A DNA stretch of 64,000 bases from Pleionea mediterranea (lineage in GTDB: Bacteria; Pseudomonadota; Gammaproteobacteria; Enterobacterales; Kangiellaceae), in NCBI RefSeq assembly GCF_003148745.1, contig NZ_QGGU01000001.1, positions 11,536 through 75,535 on the forward strand, given 5' to 3'. Shown here in pieces: positions 13,621 through 22,012 of this stretch. Within the stretch, counting starts at the first letter, position 1. Each line of letters starts with the position of its first letter. The position numbers and the translations under genes are program-made. The notes below the pieces were generated by a model. That model saw only the letters and a program-made list of their open reading frames with translations. It searched no databases and was not told the DNA's origin.

Positions 13621-15864
13621 ATGAAACTTTTCAGTCTGGTGGCGTTAATGTGTTTCAGCTATTCTTGGGCACAAGCTAAAAACATTAGGCAGTTAATATC
13701 AGTTGAGCAGCAGGGCTGGCAGAATCTGGTACAGGTACAAGCCAAAAGTAAAGAAGACTTTTTTAAACTCAGTATTTCGCATCACGGTGAATTACTGGAA
13801 AGTAATAAAGATGCGCTAACGGTTACCTTAAATCTTACCGACGCACAGCTCGAAAAACTTAACAATCTGGGCTTTGATATCACCGTCGCCGACAGTTGGA
13901 AGCAACAGCGTAAAGCGCAGCTGAACCAATTGCTTGACCGTAAGCTTACCAAGCAACTAACAGGTATTCCCAACTACCCATGTTATCCGACGGTGGAAGA
14001 AACCTATGCTGATGCCGAACAGTTGGCGACAGACCACAGTACTCTAACGGAGTGGATAGACGTAGGCGATTCCTGGAGCAAAACGCGAGAGCGCGGTGGT
14101 TATGATTTAAGGGTATTAAAAATTACCAATCAGTCTGTTACAGATGAAAAGCCCGTATTGTTTGTACACAGCGCTATGCACGCCCGTGAATACACCACCG
14201 CAGCACTCAATCTGGCGTTTGCCAAACAACTACTCAACAGCTACGCTACCGATGCAGATACTCGATGGATTGTTGATCATCATGAAGTTCATTTAATGTT
14301 TCAGATGAATCCCGATGGTCGAAAGTACGCAGAAACCGGCGTGTTATGGCGCAAAAATGTCAACGATCTTCACTGTCAAAGCTCTCCGGGTATCGATTTG
14401 AACCGTAACTTCAGCTACTTTTGGAATTCAACCGATGGCGTTGGCTCCAGTGGCGATGCGTGTGCCAATACTTATCGCGGTCCTTTGGCTGCTTCAGAGC
14501 CCGAAACAGAGGTAGTTGAAGCTTATGTGCGCAGTATTTTTAGCGACAATCGGGGCGAAAGCGATTCTGACGCAGCACCTCTCGACACGCCGGGAATGCA
14601 TATTGATTTACACAGCTACAGTGAGCTGGTTTTATGGCCCTGGGGTCACGATTACGATCCGGCACCTAATGGCCCGCAACTACAAACACTCGGTCGCAAG
14701 CTCGCAAGTTTTAATGACTATTATCCAACGCAAAGTACCGGGCTGTATCCGACCGATGGTACCAGCGACGATGTTAGTTATGGTGAGTTGGGTGTTGCGG
14801 CGATTACTTTTGAGCTGGGTACTGCGTTTTTTCAATCTTGCGAGGTGTACAACACACAAGTAAAGCCAGATAATCTGGAGGCATTAAAATATGCGGCCAA
14901 AGTTGTTCGGGCGCCATATAAGTTGCCTGCTGGCCCCGACCTATTACAGCTGCGAGGAAATACCAGTTCACATCCGCAAATACTTCCTGGTGATACATTA
15001 TCGATCACGGCAACTGCAGACGACACACGATTCAACAACAGCAATGGTGATGAGCCGACGCAAGATATTACTGCGGTATCGCTTTTTGTCAACACGCCAC
15101 CTTGGCAGATGGGGACAACCCCGATTCCCATGACCGCCAGTGATAGCAGTTTTAATAGCGGCGTTGAAGCGGTCAGTGCTGAAGTTAATACCACGGGGTG
15201 GGCACTTGGTGAGTATGTGATTTATATACAAGCACAAGACAGCGAAGGCAACAATGGACCCGTCAGTGCTTTACTGGTGACCGTTAATAGCAACCAAAGT
15301 CCTTTAGCTGATTTCAGTGTAACGTGTGACTCCCTCGATTGTCATTTCGATGCATCCAATAGTAGTGATGACTCATCTATCGAAAGTTACCAATGGCAAC
15401 TCAGTGACGGCGCTCAGTTAACCGGTGTTACTGCTAATCACCGTTTTGTTGAATCAGGAAGTTACCAGATAACCTTAATAGTAACGGACGACCGAGGCGC
15501 AACCGGTGAGCAAAGCATGATGCTAGAAATAACAGCTCCAAATCAGAATCCTGAGGCTGAATTTAGTGTAAGTTGTGAACACCTAAGCTGCACATTGAAT
15601 GCGTCCAGCAGTACCGATGACACTGCAATAAGCAGTTATGATTGGCAATTAAGCGATGGAGCGTCACTTAGCGGACAAACTGTCAGTCATAGTTTTTCTA
15701 ATGCTGGTAGCTATTCTGTTGAACTAACCGTAACCGATGACGCAGGCGCAAACGATGTTCGCACACGAAGTATCACCGTTAAAGCAAAATCGTCTAGTGG
15801 TGGTGCATTAGTCTGGTTCAGCTTAATGTTTTTAACTTTAATTAGGTATCGAATAAAATACTAA
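13621..15864 (+). CDS. Secreted M14-family zinc carboxypeptidase with propeptide, two PKD domains and a GlyGly-CTERM sorting signal
   Basis: 747 aa. Signal peptide MKLFSLVALMCFSYSWAQA. M14 motifs HSAMHAREYTT (HxxE zinc site), NPDG and NRNF are present. Two PKD repeats (FDASNSSDDSSIESYQWQLSDG... and LNASSSTDDTAISSYDWQLSDG...) follow. The C-terminus SSSGGALVWFSLMFLTLIRYRIKY reads Gly-Gly, then a hydrophobic helix, then a basic tail. Confidence 0.8.
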   Translation: MKLFSLVALMCFSYSWAQAKNIRQLISVEQQGWQNLVQVQAKSKEDFFKLSISHHGELLESNKDALTVTLNLTDAQLEKLNNLGFDITVADSWKQQRKAQLNQLLDRKLTKQLTGIPNYPCYPTVEETYADAEQLATDHSTLTEWIDVGDSWSKTRERGGYDLRVLKITNQSVTDEKPVLFVHSAMHAREYTTAALNLAFAKQLLNSYATDADTRWIVDHHEVHLMFQMNPDGRKYAETGVLWRKNVNDLHCQSSPGIDLNRNFSYFWNSTDGVGSSGDACANTYRGPLAASEPETEVVEAYVRSIFSDNRGESDSDAAPLDTPGMHIDLHSYSELVLWPWGHDYDPAPNGPQLQTLGRKLASFNDYYPTQSTGLYPTDGTSDDVSYGELGVAAITFELGTAFFQSCEVYNTQVKPDNLEALKYAAKVVRAPYKLPAGPDLLQLRGNTSSHPQILPGDTLSITATADDTRFNNSNGDEPTQDITAVSLFVNTPPWQMGTTPIPMTASDSSFNSGVEAVSAEVNTTGWALGEYVIYIQAQDSEGNNGPVSALLVTVNSNQSPLADFSVTCDSLDCHFDASNSSDDSSIESYQWQLSDGAQLTGVTANHRFVESGSYQITLIVTDDRGATGEQSMMLEITAPNQNPEAEFSVSCEHLSCTLNASSSTDDTAISSYDWQLSDGASLSGQTVSHSFSNAGSYSVELTVTDDAGANDVRTRSITVKAKSSSGGALVWFSLMFLTLIRYRIKY

Positions 15865-15876
15865 CCTTCTTTTTTA

Positions 15877-15903
15877 AAACGCGGCACAAGCCGCGTTTTA
15901 AAA
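15877..15903. terminator. Bidirectional rho-independent terminator
   Basis: AAAACGCGGCacaaGCCGCGTTTT is a perfect 10-bp stem flanked by T and A runs, immediately after the carboxypeptidase stop. Confidence 0.75.
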
Positions 15904-16415
15904 GTTTATAGGTAACAGGGGCGAGCCATTAAAGCTTCATAGCGAATATTTAAAACATTTTTAGTAGGACTAAAAATTGGACACCTTAATCAAAGGAATT
16001 GTTAAGCACATCACTTAGCGTTATAGATCAACAGCGTATTAACATTAATTGAGACAGAGTGGTTGAATAACTGGAAATAACTTTTAAGCAAGGTTTTCCT
16101 TAATATTAATTGAAAATTAATATCTCAATATAAGAGCTGATTTCAACCGTTTTAGTTGATTTTTAAAACAAAAATACATCTATTGCGTCAATGTACGATA
16201 CAGATAAGCCCTACCTTAAAGTCCACTTAATATGGCTGTTAATTTCTATCTTTATTAAAGCTTATAAGCAGTTTCAATCTTAGAATATTTTTATTTAACG
16301 CTTAGTGACTTTCTCAACGACAAACGTAATTGCGTCGCCTACGCTTTAATTAATAACCGTAGGAACAAGCGAAGTATTACTTTTCGATTAGCACTGAATT
16401 TAATGGAGTATTGAG

Positions 16416-18635
16416 ATGATCGGTTCGGAGCGACTGGCGCAGCAATCACGCTTAGGCAATGTATTAATTGAAAAAGGCTGGATAAGTCAGGAGCAATTGG
16501 GTGAAGCGCTGGTTTATCAGCATCAACGAGAAACAAAACTCGGTGAGGCGTTAATTGAACTTGGCTTTATAAACCAATCTCAATTGAGTCAAGCGTTAAA
16601 GCGCCAAAGCTGGAGTCGTTCTACCATTGCCGGTTTGCTGTTAGCCGCCTCTCAAATGTTTATTGCTGCTTGCAGCAGTGATGGCAGTAAAGAAAACGCT
16701 GTTGAAATTACAGCCGTGGCTCACGCGAAACCATCGGTTGATATTACTTCTCCTACGGGTGGTTCCGAGTTTGATCAAAACACAACCGTTACCTTTACCG
16801 CAAACGCAAGCAATGCGAACGATGAAAATATTACCGGACAAGTTGTCTGGATTTCGGATATTGATGGTGAGCTGGGCACAGGAGGCTCCATCAGCAAAAG
16901 TTTATCGGCGGGCAATCATACCATTATTGCTGAAGTTACTGATTCTAACGGTGCCGAAGCGTCAGAGTCGATTACTATTTCGGTTTCATCGTCGGAAGAT
17001 TCAGCGCCTGTGGTTTTAATTGGCTCGCCATCAAACAGGTCATCTTTCACTGAAGGTACGGTTATTGAATTTGTGGGGGAAGCAAGCGACTCTGAAGATG
17101 GTAATCTTGGCAGTGACATACGTTGGACGTCCAGCATTGATGGTGAGTTGGGCATTGGCGACAGTGTTAACACGACGTTGAGTGCGGGCAGTCATGTCGT
17201 TACAGCAAGGGTAACCGATTCAGCTGATAATGAACGATCTCATTCAATACATCTCTCTGTACAAAGTGCTCCCGATATGGCGCCAGTCGTTTCCATTACT
17301 TCACCTGGTAATGGTTCTAGCTTTAATGCTGGCGATAATATCGCTTTTACTGCGAATGCATCCGATAACGAAGACGGCAATCTGGGTGCATCGATACAAT
17401 GGACTTCTAACATTGATGGTAATCTTGGCAGCGGATCCAGTATTACTTCGGCTCTCAGTACCGGCAGCCATGTCATTACTGCAAGCGTAGCGGACTCAAA
17501 CGGGCAGCAAGTGTCTGAAACCATCAATGTAACCGTTAACAGTGCATCAGCCACTGCGCCTCAGCTTAGTATCACTTCGCCGTCCAGCGGTTCGGAATTT
17601 AATTCCGATGAAAGCATTTCGTTTTCTGCTAATGCTTCCGATAACGAAGACGGTAATTTGGGCAGCAGTATCCTTTGGTCATCGAATCTTGATGGTCAGC
17701 TGGGGAGTGGCGCCAACATCAGCTCTCAGCTCAGCGCCGGCAGTCATACTATCACCGCATCGGTAAATGACTCGGACGGTAATCAGGTGAATAAGGTGAT
17801 TCAGTTGACTGTGAATGATGCCTCAAATGTGCCCCCAGAACTTGCTATCACATCACCTTCCAGTGGTGACAGCTTTAATGATGCTGAGGCGATCAGTTTT
17901 ACCGCGACTGCCAACGATGAAGAAGAGGGCAATATTGGCCATGCCGTACAATGGAATTCGAGCATTGATGGCGATTTTGGCAATGGTGCGAATGTTTCTC
18001 ATACATTAAGTAGTGGCAGTCATGTGATAACGGCAACTGTAAGCGACACTGAAGGTGAGGCCGTCTCACAAGTGATCAATATAAACGTAACAGAAGCAGA
18101 AGACGCTGCTCCTACGGTTGCCATTACTTCGCCTGCTGGCGGTTCCAGTATTCCGGAAAATGAAACGGTGACGTTAACGGCCACTGCTTCCGATGAGGAA
18201 GACGGTGATCTGGGAAGCAGTATCGTCTGGTATTCGGATATGGATGGTCAGATTGGCCAAGGCAGTGAAATAAGCCCTGATCTCACAACTGGAGAACATC
18301 AGATTACCGCTGAAGTTACCGACTCACAAGGTCAGTTCAGCCAGGCGCAAATTCAAATTACAGTAATCGTGGTTGACGGTGTTGCCGTTGTCAGTTGGCA
18401 GCCGCCTGTGTCAAACACCGATGAAACACCATTAAGTGGATTGGCCGGGTTTAAAATCTATTATGGTGATGACCAAAATAATTTAAACAATGTGTTAGTG
18501 ATCAATGATCCATTGCAATTGTCTTATGATTTTGACTCGCTTATCCAGGGTAAAACTTATTATTTTGCTGTGACAGCCGTTGATATTTACGGAATTGAAA
18601 GCAGAAAGTCTGAGGTTGTTTCCAAACAACTTTAA
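16416..18635 (+). CDS. MshEN-domain (c-di-GMP receptor) protein fused via one TM/signal-anchor segment to six PKD/Ig-like repeats and a C-terminal FN3 domain
   Basis: 739 aa with a GGAG-N7-ATG RBS. Residues 12-35 (RLGNVLIEKGWISQEQLGEALVYQ) and 41-64 (KLGEALIELGFINQSQLSQALKRQ) are two tandem 24-residue motifs separated by a 5-residue spacer. Both match the MshEN consensus RLGxxLIxxG(I/F)(L/V)xxxxLxxxLxxQ. Basic residues (KRQSWSR) are followed by the hydrophobic stretch TIAGLLLAASQMFIAAC. Six ~92-aa repeats follow, each ITSP..G..F......I.F.A.A.D.EDG.LG..I.W.S..DG.LG.G......LS.G.H.ITA.V.DS.G. The protein ends in an FN3-like WQPPVSNTDETPLSGLAGFKIYYG...GKTYYFAVTAVDIYGIES. Confidence 0.75.
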   Translation: MIGSERLAQQSRLGNVLIEKGWISQEQLGEALVYQHQRETKLGEALIELGFINQSQLSQALKRQSWSRSTIAGLLLAASQMFIAACSSDGSKENAVEITAVAHAKPSVDITSPTGGSEFDQNTTVTFTANASNANDENITGQVVWISDIDGELGTGGSISKSLSAGNHTIIAEVTDSNGAEASESITISVSSSEDSAPVVLIGSPSNRSSFTEGTVIEFVGEASDSEDGNLGSDIRWTSSIDGELGIGDSVNTTLSAGSHVVTARVTDSADNERSHSIHLSVQSAPDMAPVVSITSPGNGSSFNAGDNIAFTANASDNEDGNLGASIQWTSNIDGNLGSGSSITSALSTGSHVITASVADSNGQQVSETINVTVNSASATAPQLSITSPSSGSEFNSDESISFSANASDNEDGNLGSSILWSSNLDGQLGSGANISSQLSAGSHTITASVNDSDGNQVNKVIQLTVNDASNVPPELAITSPSSGDSFNDAEAISFTATANDEEEGNIGHAVQWNSSIDGDFGNGANVSHTLSSGSHVITATVSDTEGEAVSQVININVTEAEDAAPTVAITSPAGGSSIPENETVTLTATASDEEDGDLGSSIVWYSDMDGQIGQGSEISPDLTTGEHQITAEVTDSQGQFSQAQIQITVIVVDGVAVVSWQPPVSNTDETPLSGLAGFKIYYGDDQNNLNNVLVINDPLQLSYDFDSLIQGKTYYFAVTAVDIYGIESRKSEVVSKQL
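16725..18370 (+). repeat. Six tandem ~276-nt coding repeats (PKD/Ig-like domain array)
   Basis: Periodicity is visible at DNA and protein level. GATGGTGAGCTGGGCA recurs at ~16862 and ~17140. The motifs ...ITSP..G.S.F... and ...DNEDGNLG... recur every ~92 aa. Confidence 0.8.
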
Positions 18636-18842
18636 CTGAGTGACCATAACGTGCTAAGCAAAATAATGATGTTAATGAACAAAAACTCAAGAGCAATGAA
18701 TCATAAATATCAATATTAGGTTCGGTTATTTCATTTGTAATGATATGTTACTAAAAATAAACTGTGTTTATATGCATCAATGTGTTCATTAAAAGATATT
18801 CTGTTAGCATCCTCATTCGTTTTTATAACATAGAGTTGTTTT

Positions 18843-19031
18843 ATGAAATTTTTTATTGTTAGCTTAATTGTTGTTTTAAACTTTGCTATATCTGGCTGCG
18901 CAACGAATGATGTACAGAATTACCCTGACCAGGCGAAATCAGAGCAGCCTAAGCAGGATACAAAGGAAGAAAAAAAGCAGAGGAACTGTCAACCTAAACG
19001 TACTGGCTCTCGTATTGGCGGACGCTGTTAA
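18843..19031 (+). CDS. Small lipoprotein (~42-aa mature, Lys/Glu-rich, 2 Cys)
   Basis: 62 aa. MKFFIVSLIVVLNFAISGC has an ISGC lipobox. The overlapping ORF at 18883-19080 was rejected in favour of this frame because of the signal peptide. Confidence 0.45.
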   Translation: MKFFIVSLIVVLNFAISGCATNDVQNYPDQAKSEQPKQDTKEEKKQRNCQPKRTGSRIGGRC

Positions 19032-19180
19032 ATTAAGCAAAGGTTGTATTTCTATTAAAGCTGCACCTTTAATGAAGTAAAAAGGGCAGCTTTGTGTAGG
19101 TTCAAAACTTTAGAGTTTTTCAAATAATTCAAAGCAACTTGTCGATATGTAAAGCCTACAGTTTAATTCTATCTTAATGT

Positions 19181-19711
19181 TTAGCAATCGGCCGTCACCA
19201 CAGATACGGTACAGTCTGGATTACCAAACGAATCATAAATTACATAACAGCCCTGATTGGTTGGCACGGAAAAGCCGGGAATGTCATAGCCGATTAATGT
19301 GTATTGATTGTTGATCTGACTGATGAGATTGGTGCCAGACAATTCGATAAAATCCAGCATGGTAAGTTGATCAGCAATTTCAGCAACGCTCTCGGGACAT
19401 AAATTTCGCCAGTCCACTTCTGCTGATCCAAAAGGAAAATTAATAACATAAGCCTGTTGGCCTACGCCACCCGGATTGGTTGCGGCAACTGTCAGTCCTG
19501 AGGCCAATGCCTTGGCTTTGGTCATGCCTATGGTTGAACGGAGTCCCCCAGCAATGCCGTTAAGAGTGCTCGCACGAGCGGATGACTGTATATCGATAAA
19601 TTTACTGGCTGCGACGGTTGAAAGAATGGCTAAGATAGTAATTACAACCACCAGTTCGATCAGGGTAAAACCCCTTGTTTTAACACTGATTCCTGCAAAG
19701 CTTTCATGCAT
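19181..19711 (-). CDS. Type IVa pilin, MSHA-like (orphan; no assembly genes nearby)
   Basis: 176 aa. Leader MHESFAGISVKTRG, then FTLIELVVVITILAILSTVAA: a class III prepilin signal with Glu at +5 and a hydrophobic N-terminal helix. The C-terminus carries a Cys pair (DCTVSVVTADC). An AAGGA RBS precedes it. Confidence 0.85.
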   Translation of the reverse strand: MHESFAGISVKTRGFTLIELVVVITILAILSTVAASKFIDIQSSARASTLNGIAGGLRSTIGMTKAKALASGLTVAATNPGGVGQQAYVINFPFGSAEVDWRNLCPESVAEIADQLTMLDFIELSGTNLISQINNQYTLIGYDIPGFSVPTNQGCYVIYDSFGNPDCTVSVVTADC

Positions 19712-20240
19712 TGTTTTTATTGTCCTTATTACTGCAGCACCTACTTAGTATAACCTTAATATAGCAATAGTGAATAGTGTCGAAAGATGTTCCGGTTTAT
19801 TGCTGGCTCTCTTCGAACTGTCCAATGTTAACTCTCCATTGTTAATGGTTGGTGGCGTTTCCTCCGTTAACATTGAGATTACCGCTCATAACACAAATAC
19901 TATTGTTTGCTGAACAAAGTTTAAACGGATTTTACCTTGAAATCAGATAGTTAGGTAAGGTTAAAGCGTCATTACTTTATAAAAAGTAGCGGAGAATAAT
20001 AGACCTGTAAAGTAATTTTGCTCTGTAAACCTCGAGCGGTAATATCCATAGATAGGGCAGTTAGCGAGTGAACACTACAGGGTTGGATAGATAAAATATT
20101 AAAGTGTAAAAATTTAGACTTGCTCTTACAGTGCCAATCAAAAGAGTTCTAGACAAACAGACAATATTATTTCGTCATAATTGGCTCTTCTGGTTTTAGA
20201 GTGACTCTAATTAAGCTCAAAATCATTCATACCGCACACA

Positions 20241-20411
20241 TCCACTGGCATGGACGCCAGTGGAAGTTATTGTCAGCCATGGAAGGCTGTCAATAACGGT
20301 GTGTTGACAGGTATGAGTGATTTTGAGGAACCCGCAGGGCTTAATTGTTGGAGCGTAGGGCCTTTTGCCTTCTTTTTGGCTCTTGAAAAAGAAGGTCGCC
20401 CATAAGGGCGA
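20241..20411. other. Highly structured non-coding region: four consecutive hairpins inside an 890-nt gene-free gap
   Basis: H1 is CCACTGGC-atggac-GCCAGTGG. H2 is TTATTGTCAGCC-atggaa-GGCTGTCAATAA, with matching ATGGA loops. H3 is CCTTCTTTTT-ggctcttg-AAAAAGAAGG. H4 is TCGCCC-ataa-GGGCGA. The region contains several CTGTCA/TGACAG motifs. No ORF of 60 aa or more is present. Confidence 0.4.
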
Positions 20412-20544
20412 AACAGAGATAATGAAATAAAAGTAGGTGTTAATCTGTTTTTAAATTTATATTTTTAAAATATCGACTGTCCACTTAAATCGTGTTCTTT
20501 TCATTTTGCTGCCAGATTGAGTTATACCTTATGCAATTAAAGGA

Positions 20545-20580
20545 ATAAAAAAAGGGACACTCATTTGAGTATCCCTTTTG
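20545..20580 (-). terminator. Rho-independent terminator of the porin gene
   Basis: On the minus strand the stem GGGAUACUCA/UGAGUGUCCC (one G-U pair) is followed by UUUUUUU, about 20 nt after the porin stop. Confidence 0.7.
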
Positions 20581-20601
20581 ACGAATGACTAAATGTCTAA
20601 C

Positions 20602-21597
20602 TTAGAACTTTTGCTCTAAGCCAACGCCAAACCAGGAGTAGTCCTTGTTGTTTGCGTCATCGGAACTGGTGTAGAAGGTAAACAGTTTGGTTTGCTTGCC
20701 AAGCTTAATATCCCAACCCAGAGACGTTGTGTCGTTATCCCAGGTTAATTCATCGCTTTCACCGGTTTGAAGTTTTAATGTGTGGTCGCCAGTTTTATAA
20801 GCAATGCTCACCAGTACACCTTCTTCATCGTAAGTGCCGTTATCAAAGTCATTGTAGATAGCGCCGAACGTCCAGTTATCCATTTTATATTGTGTGGTAA
20901 CACGGGTTGTTTTGGTGTCTTCACCGCTGACGTCATTGTCTTGAGCCAAAGCAACAAAGATATTGTCGTTAGCGTATTCAATTGACATGGAGCTGGCATC
21001 CGTTGCATCACGAGTCAAAAGAATATCTGGTGTATTTGGGTCATTGTCATCATCAACCAGAGTCGAATTTTCCAATTCGCCCTTCATTGTCATGGTGGCT
21101 AATTTAACTTTTAAACCGCCGGCAAATTTAGGTGAGGTGTATTGGAAAAAGTTATCTGCACGAACTTCACCTTGAAACAGGTTTTTAATGTCGCCTTCAA
21201 GGTCATTGAATAAGTCAACTTTACCTTGTGCTTTTTTTAATGGGGTGTCGTGACGCCCTGCAATCACTTCTCCAAAGCCGCCCGCTAAACCAATAAATTG
21301 ATTACGCGCTTTGATGTTGTCTTTAGAGCCTTTTGATTGGTCGGTAGTGTCCACTTGCCACTCAAGCTTGTAGATTGCTTTTAACGAATCAGACAGCTTC
21401 GCTTTACCCTTAAGACCAAAACGCGAGGCATTGCTTTTTAACTCGTTGCCGTCAAGGCTAGCGTCTTCAGTTGATTGATAAGTCACATTGATTTTACCGT
21501 AAGGGGTAACGGTAACGTCGTTTGCCAGTGCACTTCCAGAGAAAGCAAGCGCGCCAAAAGTAACTGCCGCAGCAATTGTGTTTTTGTTGAAGTTCAT
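20602..21597 (-). CDS. Gram-negative general porin (possibly phosphate-starvation associated)
   Basis: 331 aa. Signal MNFNKNTIAAAVTFGALAFSGSALA. Amphipathic beta-strand pattern rich in Asp/Asn/Gly, with C-terminal ...FGVGLEQKF ending in Phe. Located next to the pst locus. Confidence 0.75.
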   Translation of the reverse strand: MNFNKNTIAAAVTFGALAFSGSALANDVTVTPYGKINVTYQSTEDASLDGNELKSNASRFGLKGKAKLSDSLKAIYKLEWQVDTTDQSKGSKDNIKARNQFIGLAGGFGEVIAGRHDTPLKKAQGKVDLFNDLEGDIKNLFQGEVRADNFFQYTSPKFAGGLKVKLATMTMKGELENSTLVDDDNDPNTPDILLTRDATDASSMSIEYANDNIFVALAQDNDVSGEDTKTTRVTTQYKMDNWTFGAIYNDFDNGTYDEEGVLVSIAYKTGDHTLKLQTGESDELTWDNDTTSLGWDIKLGKQTKLFTFYTSSDDANNKDYSWFGVGLEQKF

Positions 21598-21948
21598 GTT
21601 GTTCTCCCAGTTATAAGATTCAATAAAGCGTAATCAATATCGAATTGGCAGCTATACTAATTGAGTTTTGTGACAATTTTATTGCAACTGTCACTTTTTT
21701 GAAGCAAAACCATCAACTTGCTTTTTAAATGCCCAGATCCACGGCAGTGATTGCTCATTTCAATCAGCGAACAAGTGCTGTTAAAGACTGGATTGATGGG
21801 GTCGTTACTGTGTATGTCATATTTGTGACAGTGAGGCGCAAGGATAAACCAATCAAGAGGCTTTTTGAACCTTTTTAATCAAACAAAAATATCTTTAAAA
21901 TCAATAAAATAGAGCGCTAATGTTGAGGCAGGCTAAAATTATGACAGA

Positions 21949-21966
21949 CTGTCATATAACTGTCAT
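21949..21966 (+). promoter_or_regulatory. Pho box (PhoB binding site) upstream of pstC
   Basis: CTGTCAT-ATAA-CTGTCAT is a perfect match to the 7-4-7 Pho-box direct repeat, about 47 nt upstream of the pstC ATG. An additional inverted TGACAG half lies at 21942-21947. Confidence 0.8.
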
Positions 21967-22012
21967 TTTTTACCTCTACAATGGCCGGCAACTTTAAACA
22001 GGTCTGAGATTC

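Noticed and set aside
16339-16536. Minus-strand 65-aa ORF overlapping the start of the MshEN-domain gene
   Set aside because: It is antisense to a well-supported start region (RBS plus conserved MshEN motifs), has no features of its own, and is spurious.
18883-19080. 65-aa ORF overlapping the small lipoprotein gene in another frame
   Set aside because: The 18843-19031 frame has a convincing lipoprotein signal peptide and the overlapping frame has none.
19712-19920. Looked for a c-di-GMP (GEMM) riboswitch in the 5' UTR of the MSHA-like pilin (reverse-complement read)
   Set aside because: No GCAAACC...GGACGCAAAGCC...GGGTTACC-type conserved blocks or paired GNRA/receptor hairpins were found. 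Only a plausible sigma70 promoter (TTCACT-N16-TATACT) and an AAGGA RBS were seen.
21660-21700. CTGTCAC/TGTGACA words upstream of the porin gene
   Set aside because: They resemble Pho-box half-sites but are not in the 7-4-7 direct-repeat arrangement on the porin coding strand, so they are not called.
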